Below are positions 52,135-60,564 of a stretch of 64,000 nucleotides of DNA, one piece after another. The notes under the pieces were generated by a model that saw only the letters and a program-made list of their open reading frames with translations, was not told where the DNA came from and did not search any database. The stretch's first letter is position 1. Each line of letters opens with the position of its first letter. This DNA is from Patescibacteria group bacterium (GTDB lineage Bacteria; Patescibacteriota; Patescibacteriia; Patescibacteriales; UBA12075). The stretch is from assembly GCA_018897195.1 (NCBI GenBank), contig JAHILH010000001.1, forward strand, positions 284,565 to 348,564, written 5' to 3'. The position numbers and the translations under genes are program-made.

Positions 52135-54030
52135 ATGGAAAAACTTTTAAAATACAGTTTAATATTAATCTCCTTAATCATTTCGATTGGCGGACTTATC
52201 TACAAAATATATGCCCTTAATAATTTAGGCCTTTTTTTGACCATAGTCACATCCGTACTCATTTTTTTTATTATAATAACATTAAACAAAAAAGTCAATT
52301 TCAAAAATGAAAAACAAATCAACCTTTACTCGCGCAATTGGATAATTCCTACTGTGTATCTCCTCTTGGCCTTCAGGCTAATTTTTATTTTACTGAAAAA
52401 CGCTACCCCGAATTCAGTTATTTCACCATGGACCATAATCCCCGGTTATTTTTTCATCATTTATTTATTAGCAACTCTTGTCCTCCTCCTCAATATAGCC
52501 AAGAAAAACCATTTATCCACCCTTCTTTTATCCATTCACTATTTCATCAGCTTTGCTATTGCTGCTTTTGTCTATAAACTAGGCTACGGCTTTGACCCCT
52601 ACATTCACGAAGCTACCATTAATCACATCATCAAGTTCGGCTTTATCACGCCAAAGACTTTTTATTACGCCGGTTATTATTCTGTAATTATCGCCCTGCA
52701 CAAAATATTTCTAATTCCAGTTTTCCTGTTAAATAAATTTATCGTACCGGTCATGGCTAGTCTTTTTTTACCAATCACTATTATCAGCACTCTCAGGCGC
52801 TGGCTTGATAATGACAAAAAAATCAAATTTACGGTTTTAGCACTACTCATCCTGCCTTTTAATATTTTCATTCTTTCTACTCCGCAAAATTTGGCTTATT
52901 TATTTTTATTGCTTAGTGTTTTGTTCAGTCTGGTCTGCAAAAACTACCTAGACCTCATCCTGATTTATCTTCTCGCTTTCAGCGCCTTTATTATTCAACC
53001 CATTGCCGGCATACCCGCCTTAACCGTGGCTGCATATCTGACTATTTTTAATTTTGACCATTCGCCGAAGAAAAAATATTTATACTCAGGTCTGTTTTTA
53101 TTATCATCATTCACACTGCCGGTCCTTTTTTTAACCTTAAACAAAAATCATTTAAATTTTAGCCTGGCAATTTTCAAAAATATCCTCGACTTCTCCTGGT
53201 TAAAGATCATTATCCCCCAACAACAAAACATTTGGCTCAACACCGCCTATCTCATCGGTTTTAACTGGCAATACATCATCATCCTTTTGACCGGCTTTGG
53301 AATTTTTATTGCCTGGAAAAACAAACGAAATTTTCCGCAACATTTTATTTATATTTTAATGATTCTTTCATCTCTAATTTCTTATTTATTTATAATCCTC
53401 CAACCATTTGATTTTTTAATCGATTATGAGCGTAGCGATTATGCCAATCGACTTTTAGTGGTTACGATTATTTTTTCCACCCCCTTGGCAATTTTGGCCC
53501 TATATAAAATAGCCGACGACATCCTACATCAAAATAAAACCACCAGAATCATTCTTACTAGCAGTTTAGCTGTTATTATCTCAATCAATCTCTATGGCTC
53601 ATACCCGCGTTATGACAATTATTTCAATTCACACGGCACTTCCACTAGTCTAGACGATGTCAAAGCCGTGCAGTGGATAAATAACAACGCCCAGGGTGAT
53701 TATATCGTCCTCGCCAACCAACAAGTTAGCGCTGCCGCCCTTCATGAATTTGAATTCAAAAAATACTATGCCGTCAACAATGAGGACGTTTTCTACTACT
53801 CCATTCCCACCGGCGGAATTCTATATCAACAATATCTTAAAATGATTTACGAAAAACCGAGCAAAGAAAACGCCAACAAGGCAATGGACATTGTTGGCGC
53901 ACAAACGGTTTATTTTATTTTAAACAAATACTGGTGGGCTTTTCCAAGAATACTTGAAGAGGCAAAGAATGAAGCTGATTCTTTTGAGAATATCAATAAT
54001 GAGGTTTATGTTTTTAAGTACTCGAAGTAA
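52135..54030 (+). CDS. Large polytopic membrane protein with a C-terminal soluble domain (possible second GT-C-like enzyme)
   Basis: 631 aa, ~14 hydrophobic helices, then ~150 soluble residues. No motif recognised with confidence. Confidence 0.4.
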   Translation: MEKLLKYSLILISLIISIGGLIYKIYALNNLGLFLTIVTSVLIFFIIITLNKKVNFKNEKQINLYSRNWIIPTVYLLLAFRLIFILLKNATPNSVISPWTIIPGYFFIIYLLATLVLLLNIAKKNHLSTLLLSIHYFISFAIAAFVYKLGYGFDPYIHEATINHIIKFGFITPKTFYYAGYYSVIIALHKIFLIPVFLLNKFIVPVMASLFLPITIISTLRRWLDNDKKIKFTVLALLILPFNIFILSTPQNLAYLFLLLSVLFSLVCKNYLDLILIYLLAFSAFIIQPIAGIPALTVAAYLTIFNFDHSPKKKYLYSGLFLLSSFTLPVLFLTLNKNHLNFSLAIFKNILDFSWLKIIIPQQQNIWLNTAYLIGFNWQYIIILLTGFGIFIAWKNKRNFPQHFIYILMILSSLISYLFIILQPFDFLIDYERSDYANRLLVVTIIFSTPLAILALYKIADDILHQNKTTRIILTSSLAVIISINLYGSYPRYDNYFNSHGTSTSLDDVKAVQWINNNAQGDYIVLANQQVSAAALHEFEFKKYYAVNNEDVFYYSIPTGGILYQQYLKMIYEKPSKENANKAMDIVGAQTVYFILNKYWWAFPRILEEAKNEADSFENINNEVYVFKYSK

Positions 54031-54031
54031 A

Positions 54032-54066
54032 CCCTCACCCCAGCTCTCTTCTGGCGGGGAGAGGAA
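54032..54066. repeat. GC-rich repeat, family 2 (single unit)
   Basis: CCCTCACCCCAGCTCTCTTCTGGCGGGGAGAGGAAG fills the 39-bp gap between two convergent genes. Confidence 0.65.
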
Positions 54067-54069
54067 GCT

Positions 54070-56433
54070 TTATCTGAGACGACTTTCTTGATAATCAAAA
54101 ATAGGTCCAGCGGTAATTGTTTTCTTACCTTCGGCGTCTTGATTAACAACAAATAATAACTTGGCGCCATTATTACTCTCTCTTACAGAGCCGCCATCTT
54201 GACCAACAATAAAGAAGTTGGCATCGCCTTCTTTCGCGGAATAATTATTGACAAAAGTTTTAATAAAACGACAATCATCCTCTGCCACAAGCACCCCCTC
54301 TGATTCCGCCTTCTCTATCTCGCGGAATTTCCTCAATTCATCAGTCAACTTCTTTAACTTAATTGAGACACCATTGGTATTTTTTGACATATCCAAAGCA
54401 TCTGTCAACCCAGAAAGCATTTCCCCTCTTGATATCAATTCATTTATAAATTCAATATCTTGTTCGACAATATTATATTTATTGCAGGAATTACCACCTA
54501 GATTACTTTCAGCAATCACTGTACTATTCGAATAATTAACAAACTCGTCGCCCACCAAATGAATATCCACCCAAGAGCCAAGGACGGTGTTATAGCTCTT
54601 TTCAGTTTGCCATAAAGGATTTTTGGCATAAGTTGTATTACTCTTCTGCTCCAGTATCGGTCGAGACATATCCAATGTCATCCAATAAATATTATTATTC
54701 CATGCATTTGTATTAAAATTCGCTATTTGTTGAAAAATATTATTTTGCCTTTCTTGATAACCGGAATATTCCAAGGTATTGCTTGTAAAATAGGAATAGC
54801 CACTATCAATCGGTTTTAATAAATTAACAATATCTAAGCCAAAGCTATTACAACGATAAACTACTCGATTCGTAACACATTCGGTAATTAATTTTGCTCC
54901 GTTATTTTTATTTTTTCTCAATTCCGGTCCGGATAGATAATCAAAAATATGATCATTCGGCCAGAAATAATCCTGCAAAAGTCGCATGCCTAAATTTTTC
55001 CTATTCTTTAACTCTCTTGAGTATGTCCCCTCAATTTCAGAAAAGGCATAATTGGATAATTCATTTTGAATACTTGCAAAATCTTTTTGTTCATTGGGAT
55101 TTTCTCTAGCAAAAATATTTTCCAGATTATAGTTTTCGCCAAACAACTTTACAAACGCAGCATTATAGTTTAAAAAAGTTAAGTCCTGGCGTAGGCCGGA
55201 AAAGAAAGAAATATACTTATAAACAATCGCCCATTTATTCTTCAACTCTAAATCTTTATACAAATCATCAGAAATAAAACTAGCCGCACCAAGATTGATT
55301 TTCCAATCATCATAATCCAAGAGGCACTTTGGGCATTCAGCCGACTGTTGATAAAGCGGAAACTCGGTCCTCATCCACTCGGTAACCAAAAAGAAATTAT
55401 ACAATTTTGCATTATTCCTGTAGGCGTTTGGAACTCTAAATGTTGAATAATCTTTATTATAGAAAAAAATCGGCGATCGGTGTTCACCATTAGCTTCATT
55501 TATAAAAGCAATTTCTTTTTCAATCGTACCATTTTTTAAATAATCAGGAATCTCAAAGGTATATTTTTTAATTTCCTGCGGACTAAACTTGTTTTCATCA
55601 ATCAACTTAGTGCCACTAATCTGTACGTTTCTTGGCTCAAGAAGTTTCAGTCCGGTCGCAAAAAAAGACAGTTCCAATCTCGCCGATTCTAGTAATGGGT
55701 TATTTTCAGCATCATTACCACTAGCTAAGGTTCGATAACGCACCAAGGCCTTGTTATACATCGCCATATTAATATCCCAAAGATTGTCATAAAAAACAGA
55801 TTTTTCAATTTCTTTATAAATTGATTTAATGTTATTTTCAAAATAATACATCAAAAAATCACTAGTAATCATTATTGGCACATTTAGACTAACTAATTTC
55901 TGATAAGTGTTCCAAAAATCGCGCTTATCGCCAGCGACAGTATTTTTTGCAATCGCAAAACCATTTTTATTTAACCTATCAATAGTTTCTTGATCTAAAT
56001 TAATCTTTCGAGAAAAGTCATAGTAATTGGTGGTAGCCGACTTAATATTTATCGGCAACTCATAAGAAGCGTCGATCTGCTTGTAAGGAAATTCTTGTTT
56101 TTTATAAAAATTACCAAAAGTTAATTTCTCACTTGAATTTTCTTTGGTTATTAAACTCTCCGTACTACTGCTAACTTCATCCTTAATTTCAATCGGCAAC
56201 TTACTAATTTCTATAGCATTATTCGATTGTAAGAGGTCAGCTGGATTATAGCCATTCTTTCTGGTTTCGTATTTATAAAATAAAAAAGCCACAATTGTGG
56301 CAACGACTATAATAGCAATAACAATGAGTGCTTTTTGAGATTTCGTTTCTCCATCATCAAATAAGCTCTTCGGTTGAGCCTGCTGTCCCTGGAGATAAGG
56401 ATTTATTCTTTTGTTGTGATCATCGTCAAACAT
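54070..56433 (-). CDS. Large membrane-anchored extracytoplasmic protein, unknown function
   Basis: 787 aa with a single N-terminal TM (ALIVIAIIVVATIVAFLFY). The remainder is soluble and Asn/Tyr/Phe-rich. No family recognised with confidence. Confidence 0.45.
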   Translation of the reverse strand: MFDDDHNKRINPYLQGQQAQPKSLFDDGETKSQKALIVIAIIVVATIVAFLFYKYETRKNGYNPADLLQSNNAIEISKLPIEIKDEVSSSTESLITKENSSEKLTFGNFYKKQEFPYKQIDASYELPINIKSATTNYYDFSRKINLDQETIDRLNKNGFAIAKNTVAGDKRDFWNTYQKLVSLNVPIMITSDFLMYYFENNIKSIYKEIEKSVFYDNLWDINMAMYNKALVRYRTLASGNDAENNPLLESARLELSFFATGLKLLEPRNVQISGTKLIDENKFSPQEIKKYTFEIPDYLKNGTIEKEIAFINEANGEHRSPIFFYNKDYSTFRVPNAYRNNAKLYNFFLVTEWMRTEFPLYQQSAECPKCLLDYDDWKINLGAASFISDDLYKDLELKNKWAIVYKYISFFSGLRQDLTFLNYNAAFVKLFGENYNLENIFARENPNEQKDFASIQNELSNYAFSEIEGTYSRELKNRKNLGMRLLQDYFWPNDHIFDYLSGPELRKNKNNGAKLITECVTNRVVYRCNSFGLDIVNLLKPIDSGYSYFTSNTLEYSGYQERQNNIFQQIANFNTNAWNNNIYWMTLDMSRPILEQKSNTTYAKNPLWQTEKSYNTVLGSWVDIHLVGDEFVNYSNSTVIAESNLGGNSCNKYNIVEQDIEFINELISRGEMLSGLTDALDMSKNTNGVSIKLKKLTDELRKFREIEKAESEGVLVAEDDCRFIKTFVNNYSAKEGDANFFIVGQDGGSVRESNNGAKLLFVVNQDAEGKKTITAGPIFDYQESRLR

Positions 56434-56471
56434 TGATAATATTATAGCACTTTTTCTTTTTTTTGAAAAAG

Positions 56472-57488
56472 TTATTTAAGATATTTAGCCTTATTAAGCA
56501 AATGTTCATCATAGGTCTTACTGAATACCGTTTCACCATTATCAAAACGACTCAAAAAGTACACATAATCATTGGCAATCGGATAAATTGCCGCCTTAAT
56601 CGCATTAATACTCGGATTGCTGATTGGCCCCGGTGGTAAGCCGCGATTCATGTAGGAATTATATGGAGAATCAATTTTGGTATCTTCATAAGTGTATTGT
56701 TTTTTATTCACACCCAGAATATAAGCCAGGGTCGCACAAGACTCCAGAGCCTGGCCGTTCTTGATTCGATTCCAAAAAATTCCCGACACCATGCGTTTAT
56801 CATCATAACTCTTCACCTCTTTTTCAATCAATGAAGCCATGGTGACAATTTCATAAATAGTCTTGCCTTGTTTCTTGATATCCGCACGCATATCCTCCGT
56901 TAATTTACCATTAAAATTGCTCAACATTTTTTTTACGACAGTATCCAACTTAGCATTTTCGTGAATTTTATAGGTATCGGGAAACAAAAAACCTTCAAGT
57001 GTCGCATTTACTGGCAAATCATTCAAGAAATCATAATTAGTTTTCAAATTGCCAATTTCATTTTTGGAGTAGTCTAATAAATCACCAGACTGAATAATAT
57101 TCGCCTTCACTAAATAAGCATCCATTTCTCTTGTAGTCCAACCTTCAATAAACTTTACTTCTTTTTCTTTACGAATCACCTTGCCTTTCACCAAAATATC
57201 TGCAATCTCACCCATGGATGATTTAGCACTCAATTCATACTCACCCGCTTGAAATTTTGTGGCCAAATTATTATTCTTGGCGTAAATATTAAAAAACAGA
57301 GCTGAATTTATCAATTTAGCACTTTGCAAATTGGATGCAATCTGTCGGACACCATCACCTTTTTGCACAACAAAAATCAGATTCTCGCCGCGTGTATTAA
57401 AAGGAGATTTAACGGCATATTTGTAATTCAAGACACCAATAACCGGGATGATAATTATAACAGCGATGAGATATTTTAGGTATTTCAT
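56472..57488 (-). CDS. mltG: Endolytic murein transglycosylase MltG (YceG-like)
   Basis: N-terminal TM, ASLIEKEV (catalytic Glu context), LPPGPISNPS. Confidence 0.85.
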   Translation of the reverse strand: MKYLKYLIAVIIIIPVIGVLNYKYAVKSPFNTRGENLIFVVQKGDGVRQIASNLQSAKLINSALFFNIYAKNNNLATKFQAGEYELSAKSSMGEIADILVKGKVIRKEKEVKFIEGWTTREMDAYLVKANIIQSGDLLDYSKNEIGNLKTNYDFLNDLPVNATLEGFLFPDTYKIHENAKLDTVVKKMLSNFNGKLTEDMRADIKKQGKTIYEIVTMASLIEKEVKSYDDKRMVSGIFWNRIKNGQALESCATLAYILGVNKKQYTYEDTKIDSPYNSYMNRGLPPGPISNPSINAIKAAIYPIANDYVYFLSRFDNGETVFSKTYDEHLLNKAKYLK

Positions 57489-57511
57489 AAATATATTTTT
57501 AATTTAAAATT

Positions 57512-59158
57512 TTAAATTCCACGCGCCTCGCCCTGATCTCCAGTCTCAATCTTTCGCCACGGTATTCGCTTCTTAAAAGCATTCCAAAAATAAAAGAATT
57601 CTTCGCTACGCAACAATGAAGCAAAGGCGGCAAAAACCAAAAGACCAATCATGCCCGCAATAAAACCTTGCAAAAAAACACCCCATAGTTTATCCATGTT
57701 CACATAAGCCGCAATCATAATTTTGGCACTTTGAATTGACCAACCGGCAAAAACCCCAGCCACGGCTAATTTTAAAATTGAGGTGATAATGCGCTTCTCA
57801 TCCAAGTCCCTGCCCACTTCACGACGTAACATTATCCATAGCAAGACAAAATTCAAAGTATTGGCAATTGAGAATGACAAAGCCAGGCTGGAAATATCAC
57901 CACTGCGCACAAAATACAAAGCTAAGCCAACATTAATCGCTGCACTAAAAATGCCGACATAAAAGGGCATTTTGGAATTATGTCGCGCATAAAAAACCCG
58001 GGCCAAAAGTGGTAAAGCAGCTTGAGAAAAAAGCGAAAAGGCAAAAAATTTCAAAGTTTCAAAAGTAAGCACTGTGTCATTCCAATCAAAACTACCCGAA
58101 CCGAGGACGACGCGTACAATCTGTGCCCGCAAGGTCAAAAACAAAACCATGGCCGGAATAATAAAAAACATAATCTGTCGAAAAACATTCGAAAAGTTTT
58201 CCACTAATTTCTTTTCATTGAAAGCCACGGCGGACAAAGTTGGAAATGCGGCAATTGCCAAAGAAATCCCAAAGACACCAATCGGAAATGACTGTAAATT
58301 ATTGGCAAAATTAAAAACAGACAAGGAGCCACTTGGCAACGTGGAAGCAATCACGGTAATTGACAGTAATTCAATCTGTGAAATTCCCAAACTCATAATC
58401 CGCGGTCCCATCATGCGGCCAATCTTAATAATATTCTTATCTTTAAAATTCAAAATCGCTTGATATTTAAAACCCATGCTAAATATTACTGGCAACTGAA
58501 TTAGCATGTGCAAAAATGAACCAAACACCACCCCCCAGGCCAAACCGTAAACTCCCCACAGAGGTACTAAATAAAGGGCACCCAAAATTATTCCCAAATT
58601 ATACATAATCGGCGAAAAGGAATAAACAAAAAAACGCTTGAACGATTGTAAAATACCGCCCAAAACGCTAGAAATACCCAAAAACAATGGAGACAAGAAC
58701 ATAATCCGCGTCAAGCTCACCACCTGTGCTTGTTTATCCACGCCAAAACCCGGCGTAATTACTTTCATAATCCAGGGAGCAAAAATAATACCGACAAGGG
58801 AAATTCCAAACATCGCAATTCCCAAAATATTCAATATATTACTCGACAACTCCCAAACTTCCTTATTTGGATTTTTAAAAATTAATTGCTCTTTTTTGCA
58901 TTCATGATCGCGAATCAAACCGGTAATAATTGGAATAAAGCCGGCCGACAAGGCACCCAAAATTAAAAGATTAAAGATAAAATCCGGAATTCTAAAAGCG
59001 GCGTAATAAATATCCAAAGTGTCGCCCGCCCCAAACTCACCCGCTAAAATCCGATCTCGAAAAACACCTAAAAAGCGACTCGCCAAAGAAGACATCGCCA
59101 CTAAAAGCGCTGCCACCATAATACTATTAATTTGTCCGGAAAAAAGCTTTTTAATCAT
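57512..59158 (-). CDS. murJ: Lipid II flippase MurJ (MviN)
   Basis: 548 aa with 14 TM helices. ASRFLGVFRDRILAGEFGAGDTLDIYYAAFRIPDFIFNLL is the canonical MurJ N-terminus. Confidence 0.9.
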   Translation of the reverse strand: MIKKLFSGQINSIMVAALLVAMSSLASRFLGVFRDRILAGEFGAGDTLDIYYAAFRIPDFIFNLLILGALSAGFIPIITGLIRDHECKKEQLIFKNPNKEVWELSSNILNILGIAMFGISLVGIIFAPWIMKVITPGFGVDKQAQVVSLTRIMFLSPLFLGISSVLGGILQSFKRFFVYSFSPIMYNLGIILGALYLVPLWGVYGLAWGVVFGSFLHMLIQLPVIFSMGFKYQAILNFKDKNIIKIGRMMGPRIMSLGISQIELLSITVIASTLPSGSLSVFNFANNLQSFPIGVFGISLAIAAFPTLSAVAFNEKKLVENFSNVFRQIMFFIIPAMVLFLTLRAQIVRVVLGSGSFDWNDTVLTFETLKFFAFSLFSQAALPLLARVFYARHNSKMPFYVGIFSAAINVGLALYFVRSGDISSLALSFSIANTLNFVLLWIMLRREVGRDLDEKRIITSILKLAVAGVFAGWSIQSAKIMIAAYVNMDKLWGVFLQGFIAGMIGLLVFAAFASLLRSEEFFYFWNAFKKRIPWRKIETGDQGEARGI

Positions 59159-59168
59159 ATTTGATACT

Positions 59169-59202
59169 CCCTCACCCTGGCGGGAGAGGGCTGGGGTGAG
59201 GG
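59169..59202. repeat. GC-rich repeat, family 2 (hairpin form)
   Basis: CCCTCACCCTGGCGGGAGAGGGCTGGGGTGAGGG. The arms CCCTCACCC and GGGTGAGGG pair. Lies 10 nt upstream of the murJ start. Confidence 0.7.
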
Positions 59203-59211
59203 CAAATTTAT

Positions 59212-59240
59212 TTGACGACTTTTTTAAAATAGATTATCAT
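59212..59240 (+). promoter_or_regulatory. Promoter of cassette 59289..59492
   Basis: TTGACG-17 nt-TATCAT. Confidence 0.5.
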
Positions 59241-59288
59241 ATAGGAAACGTTATACACATACTAAAATAAACAAAGAGGAGGTCTTTC

Positions 59289-59492
59289 ATGTCATTACAC
59301 GATATTTTTAACATGCTTTTGCCTGTTCTTTTTTTACTACTCACAATCTCAAGATTTAAAAAAAGAAAATGGGGACAACTGGCAATCATTTGCCTGATCA
59401 TTGCCTACCAATACGGGGAACCAAGTCAAAAAAACACATCAATACAAACAAACAACATCCAGCAAGAAATTCAGCAAGGGATGCAGCAATAG
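59289..59492 (+). CDS. Small membrane protein (67 aa), stand-alone cassette
   Basis: Promoter at 59212-59240, RBS AGAGGAGG, two hydrophobic segments and a Gln-rich tail. Terminator at 59479-59510. Confidence 0.5.
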   Translation: MSLHDIFNMLLPVLFLLLTISRFKKRKWGQLAIICLIIAYQYGEPSQKNTSIQTNNIQQEIQQGMQQ

Positions 59493-59510
59493 CTGCATCC
59501 TATTTTTTTT
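59479..59510 (+). terminator. Intrinsic terminator of cassette 59289..59492 (overlaps its stop codon)
   Basis: GGATGCAGC-AATA-GCTGCATCC followed by TATTTTTTTT. Confidence 0.75.
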
Positions 59511-59621
59511 CAAATTTCATTACTTTTATTATATCATCATTCAAGCACATCTTCAACATTAAATTTACAGCTATAATTAGCACTAAAAAAACATAAATTC
59601 CTCTATTGTTTTCGCCCGCCA

Positions 59622-59650
59622 TTGACAAAAGATAAAAAATGTGCTAAGTT
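59622..59650 (+). promoter_or_regulatory. Promoter of cassette 59711..60085
   Basis: ATTGACAAAAGATAAAAAATGTGCTAAGTT (TTGACA-17 nt-TAAGTT). Confidence 0.5.
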
Positions 59651-59710
59651 TAATAATTATTTTAGCTCTTTTGACAACTGAATATTAAAAACACACAAAG
59701 GAGAACGGAC

Positions 59711-60085
59711 ATGGAAGTAACACTTGAGGATTATATAATGGCATACTATGTCAATCACCCCATCAACTCTTTTTTTATCGGCTCTTTTTTGCTCATCATC
59801 GTCTTCGCCTATTTGCTTTATAGTGATTCACGACGCGTCCATCTGATGATAAGAAATCGCTCACTGGAAAAAGAAAACGAGGGCAAGCAAATCCTCCTCG
59901 CCAAATATGTCGAGATACTGGACAAAAGAGAGGATGATGTTTGGGACAGAGAGAAATCTTTGGCTGAATTGGAAATCGCCAAGGCGAATGTCGCCCGAAT
60001 AGCGCTCTCAACCCAAAGGAGAAGGAAAAAATCCTGGTACAACACGATTGGCCTGCAAAACAACCAGCAGCGGGTATCGGCATAA
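59711..60085 (+). CDS. Small membrane-anchored coiled-coil protein (124 aa), stand-alone cassette
   Basis: Promoter at 59622-59650, RBS AAGGAGAA, one TM (FFIGSFLLIIVFAYLLY) and a charged helical tail. Terminator at 60098-60131. Confidence 0.55.
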   Translation: MEVTLEDYIMAYYVNHPINSFFIGSFLLIIVFAYLLYSDSRRVHLMIRNRSLEKENEGKQILLAKYVEILDKREDDVWDREKSLAELEIAKANVARIALSTQRRRKKSWYNTIGLQNNQQRVSA

Positions 60086-60097
60086 AAACAACAAAAC

Positions 60098-60131
60098 GGG
60101 ATACAGTCCAGCACTGTATCCCCCTTTTTTT
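60098..60131 (+). terminator. Intrinsic terminator of cassette 59711..60085
   Basis: GGGATACAGT-CCAGC-ACTGTATCCC followed by CCTTTTTTT. Confidence 0.75.
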
Positions 60132-60138
60132 AGCAAAA

Positions 60139-60167
60139 TTGACAAAATACAAAAAATACATTAATTT
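60139..60167 (+). promoter_or_regulatory. Promoter of cassette 60226..60501
   Basis: ATTGACAAAATACAAAAAATACATTAATTT (TTGACA-17 nt-TAATTT). Resembles the previous cassette's promoter. Confidence 0.5.
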
Positions 60168-60225
60168 TAACTATTAGCTTAGTTCTTTTAAATTATATGT
60201 ATTAATCCTTAAAAGGAGATTTGGC

Positions 60226-60501
60226 ATGATTTACTTCATCACCGTCGCTGGCGCAATTTTATTAGAAATCGCCTATCAATCAACTGAAATTGAAATCTTC
60301 AAGTGGCTCGGATTTATTTTTGTTGCTTTTCTTGGAATGCTGATTATGGCTAATACGATAAAAATAGAAAATGAGGACTTGCACAGAGAAGCGGAAATGT
60401 CTATGGCTTGGCGGTTAGCCGCACAACAAAGAAGTGCAGAAGAAAATAGACGTAAGCGAATTGCCAAACAAAAAATGAATAAAGCCAAACGAGGATATTA
60501 G
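60226..60501 (+). CDS. Small two-TM protein with a basic helical tail (91 aa), stand-alone cassette
   Basis: Promoter at 60139-60167, RBS AAAGGAGA, terminator at 60516-60553. Confidence 0.55.
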   Translation: MIYFITVAGAILLEIAYQSTEIEIFKWLGFIFVAFLGMLIMANTIKIENEDLHREAEMSMAWRLAAQQRSAEENRRKRIAKQKMNKAKRGY

Positions 60502-60515
60502 CGCCAGAACACAAA

Positions 60516-60553
60516 ACGGGACACAGCACCAAGCTGCGTCCCGTCTTTTTTTT
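60516..60553 (+). terminator. Intrinsic terminator of cassette 60226..60501
   Basis: ACGGGACACAGC-ACCAA-GCTGCGTCCCGT followed by CTTTTTTTT. The sequence resembles the previous cassette's terminator. Confidence 0.75.
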
Positions 60554-60564
60554 ACTCAAAAATA

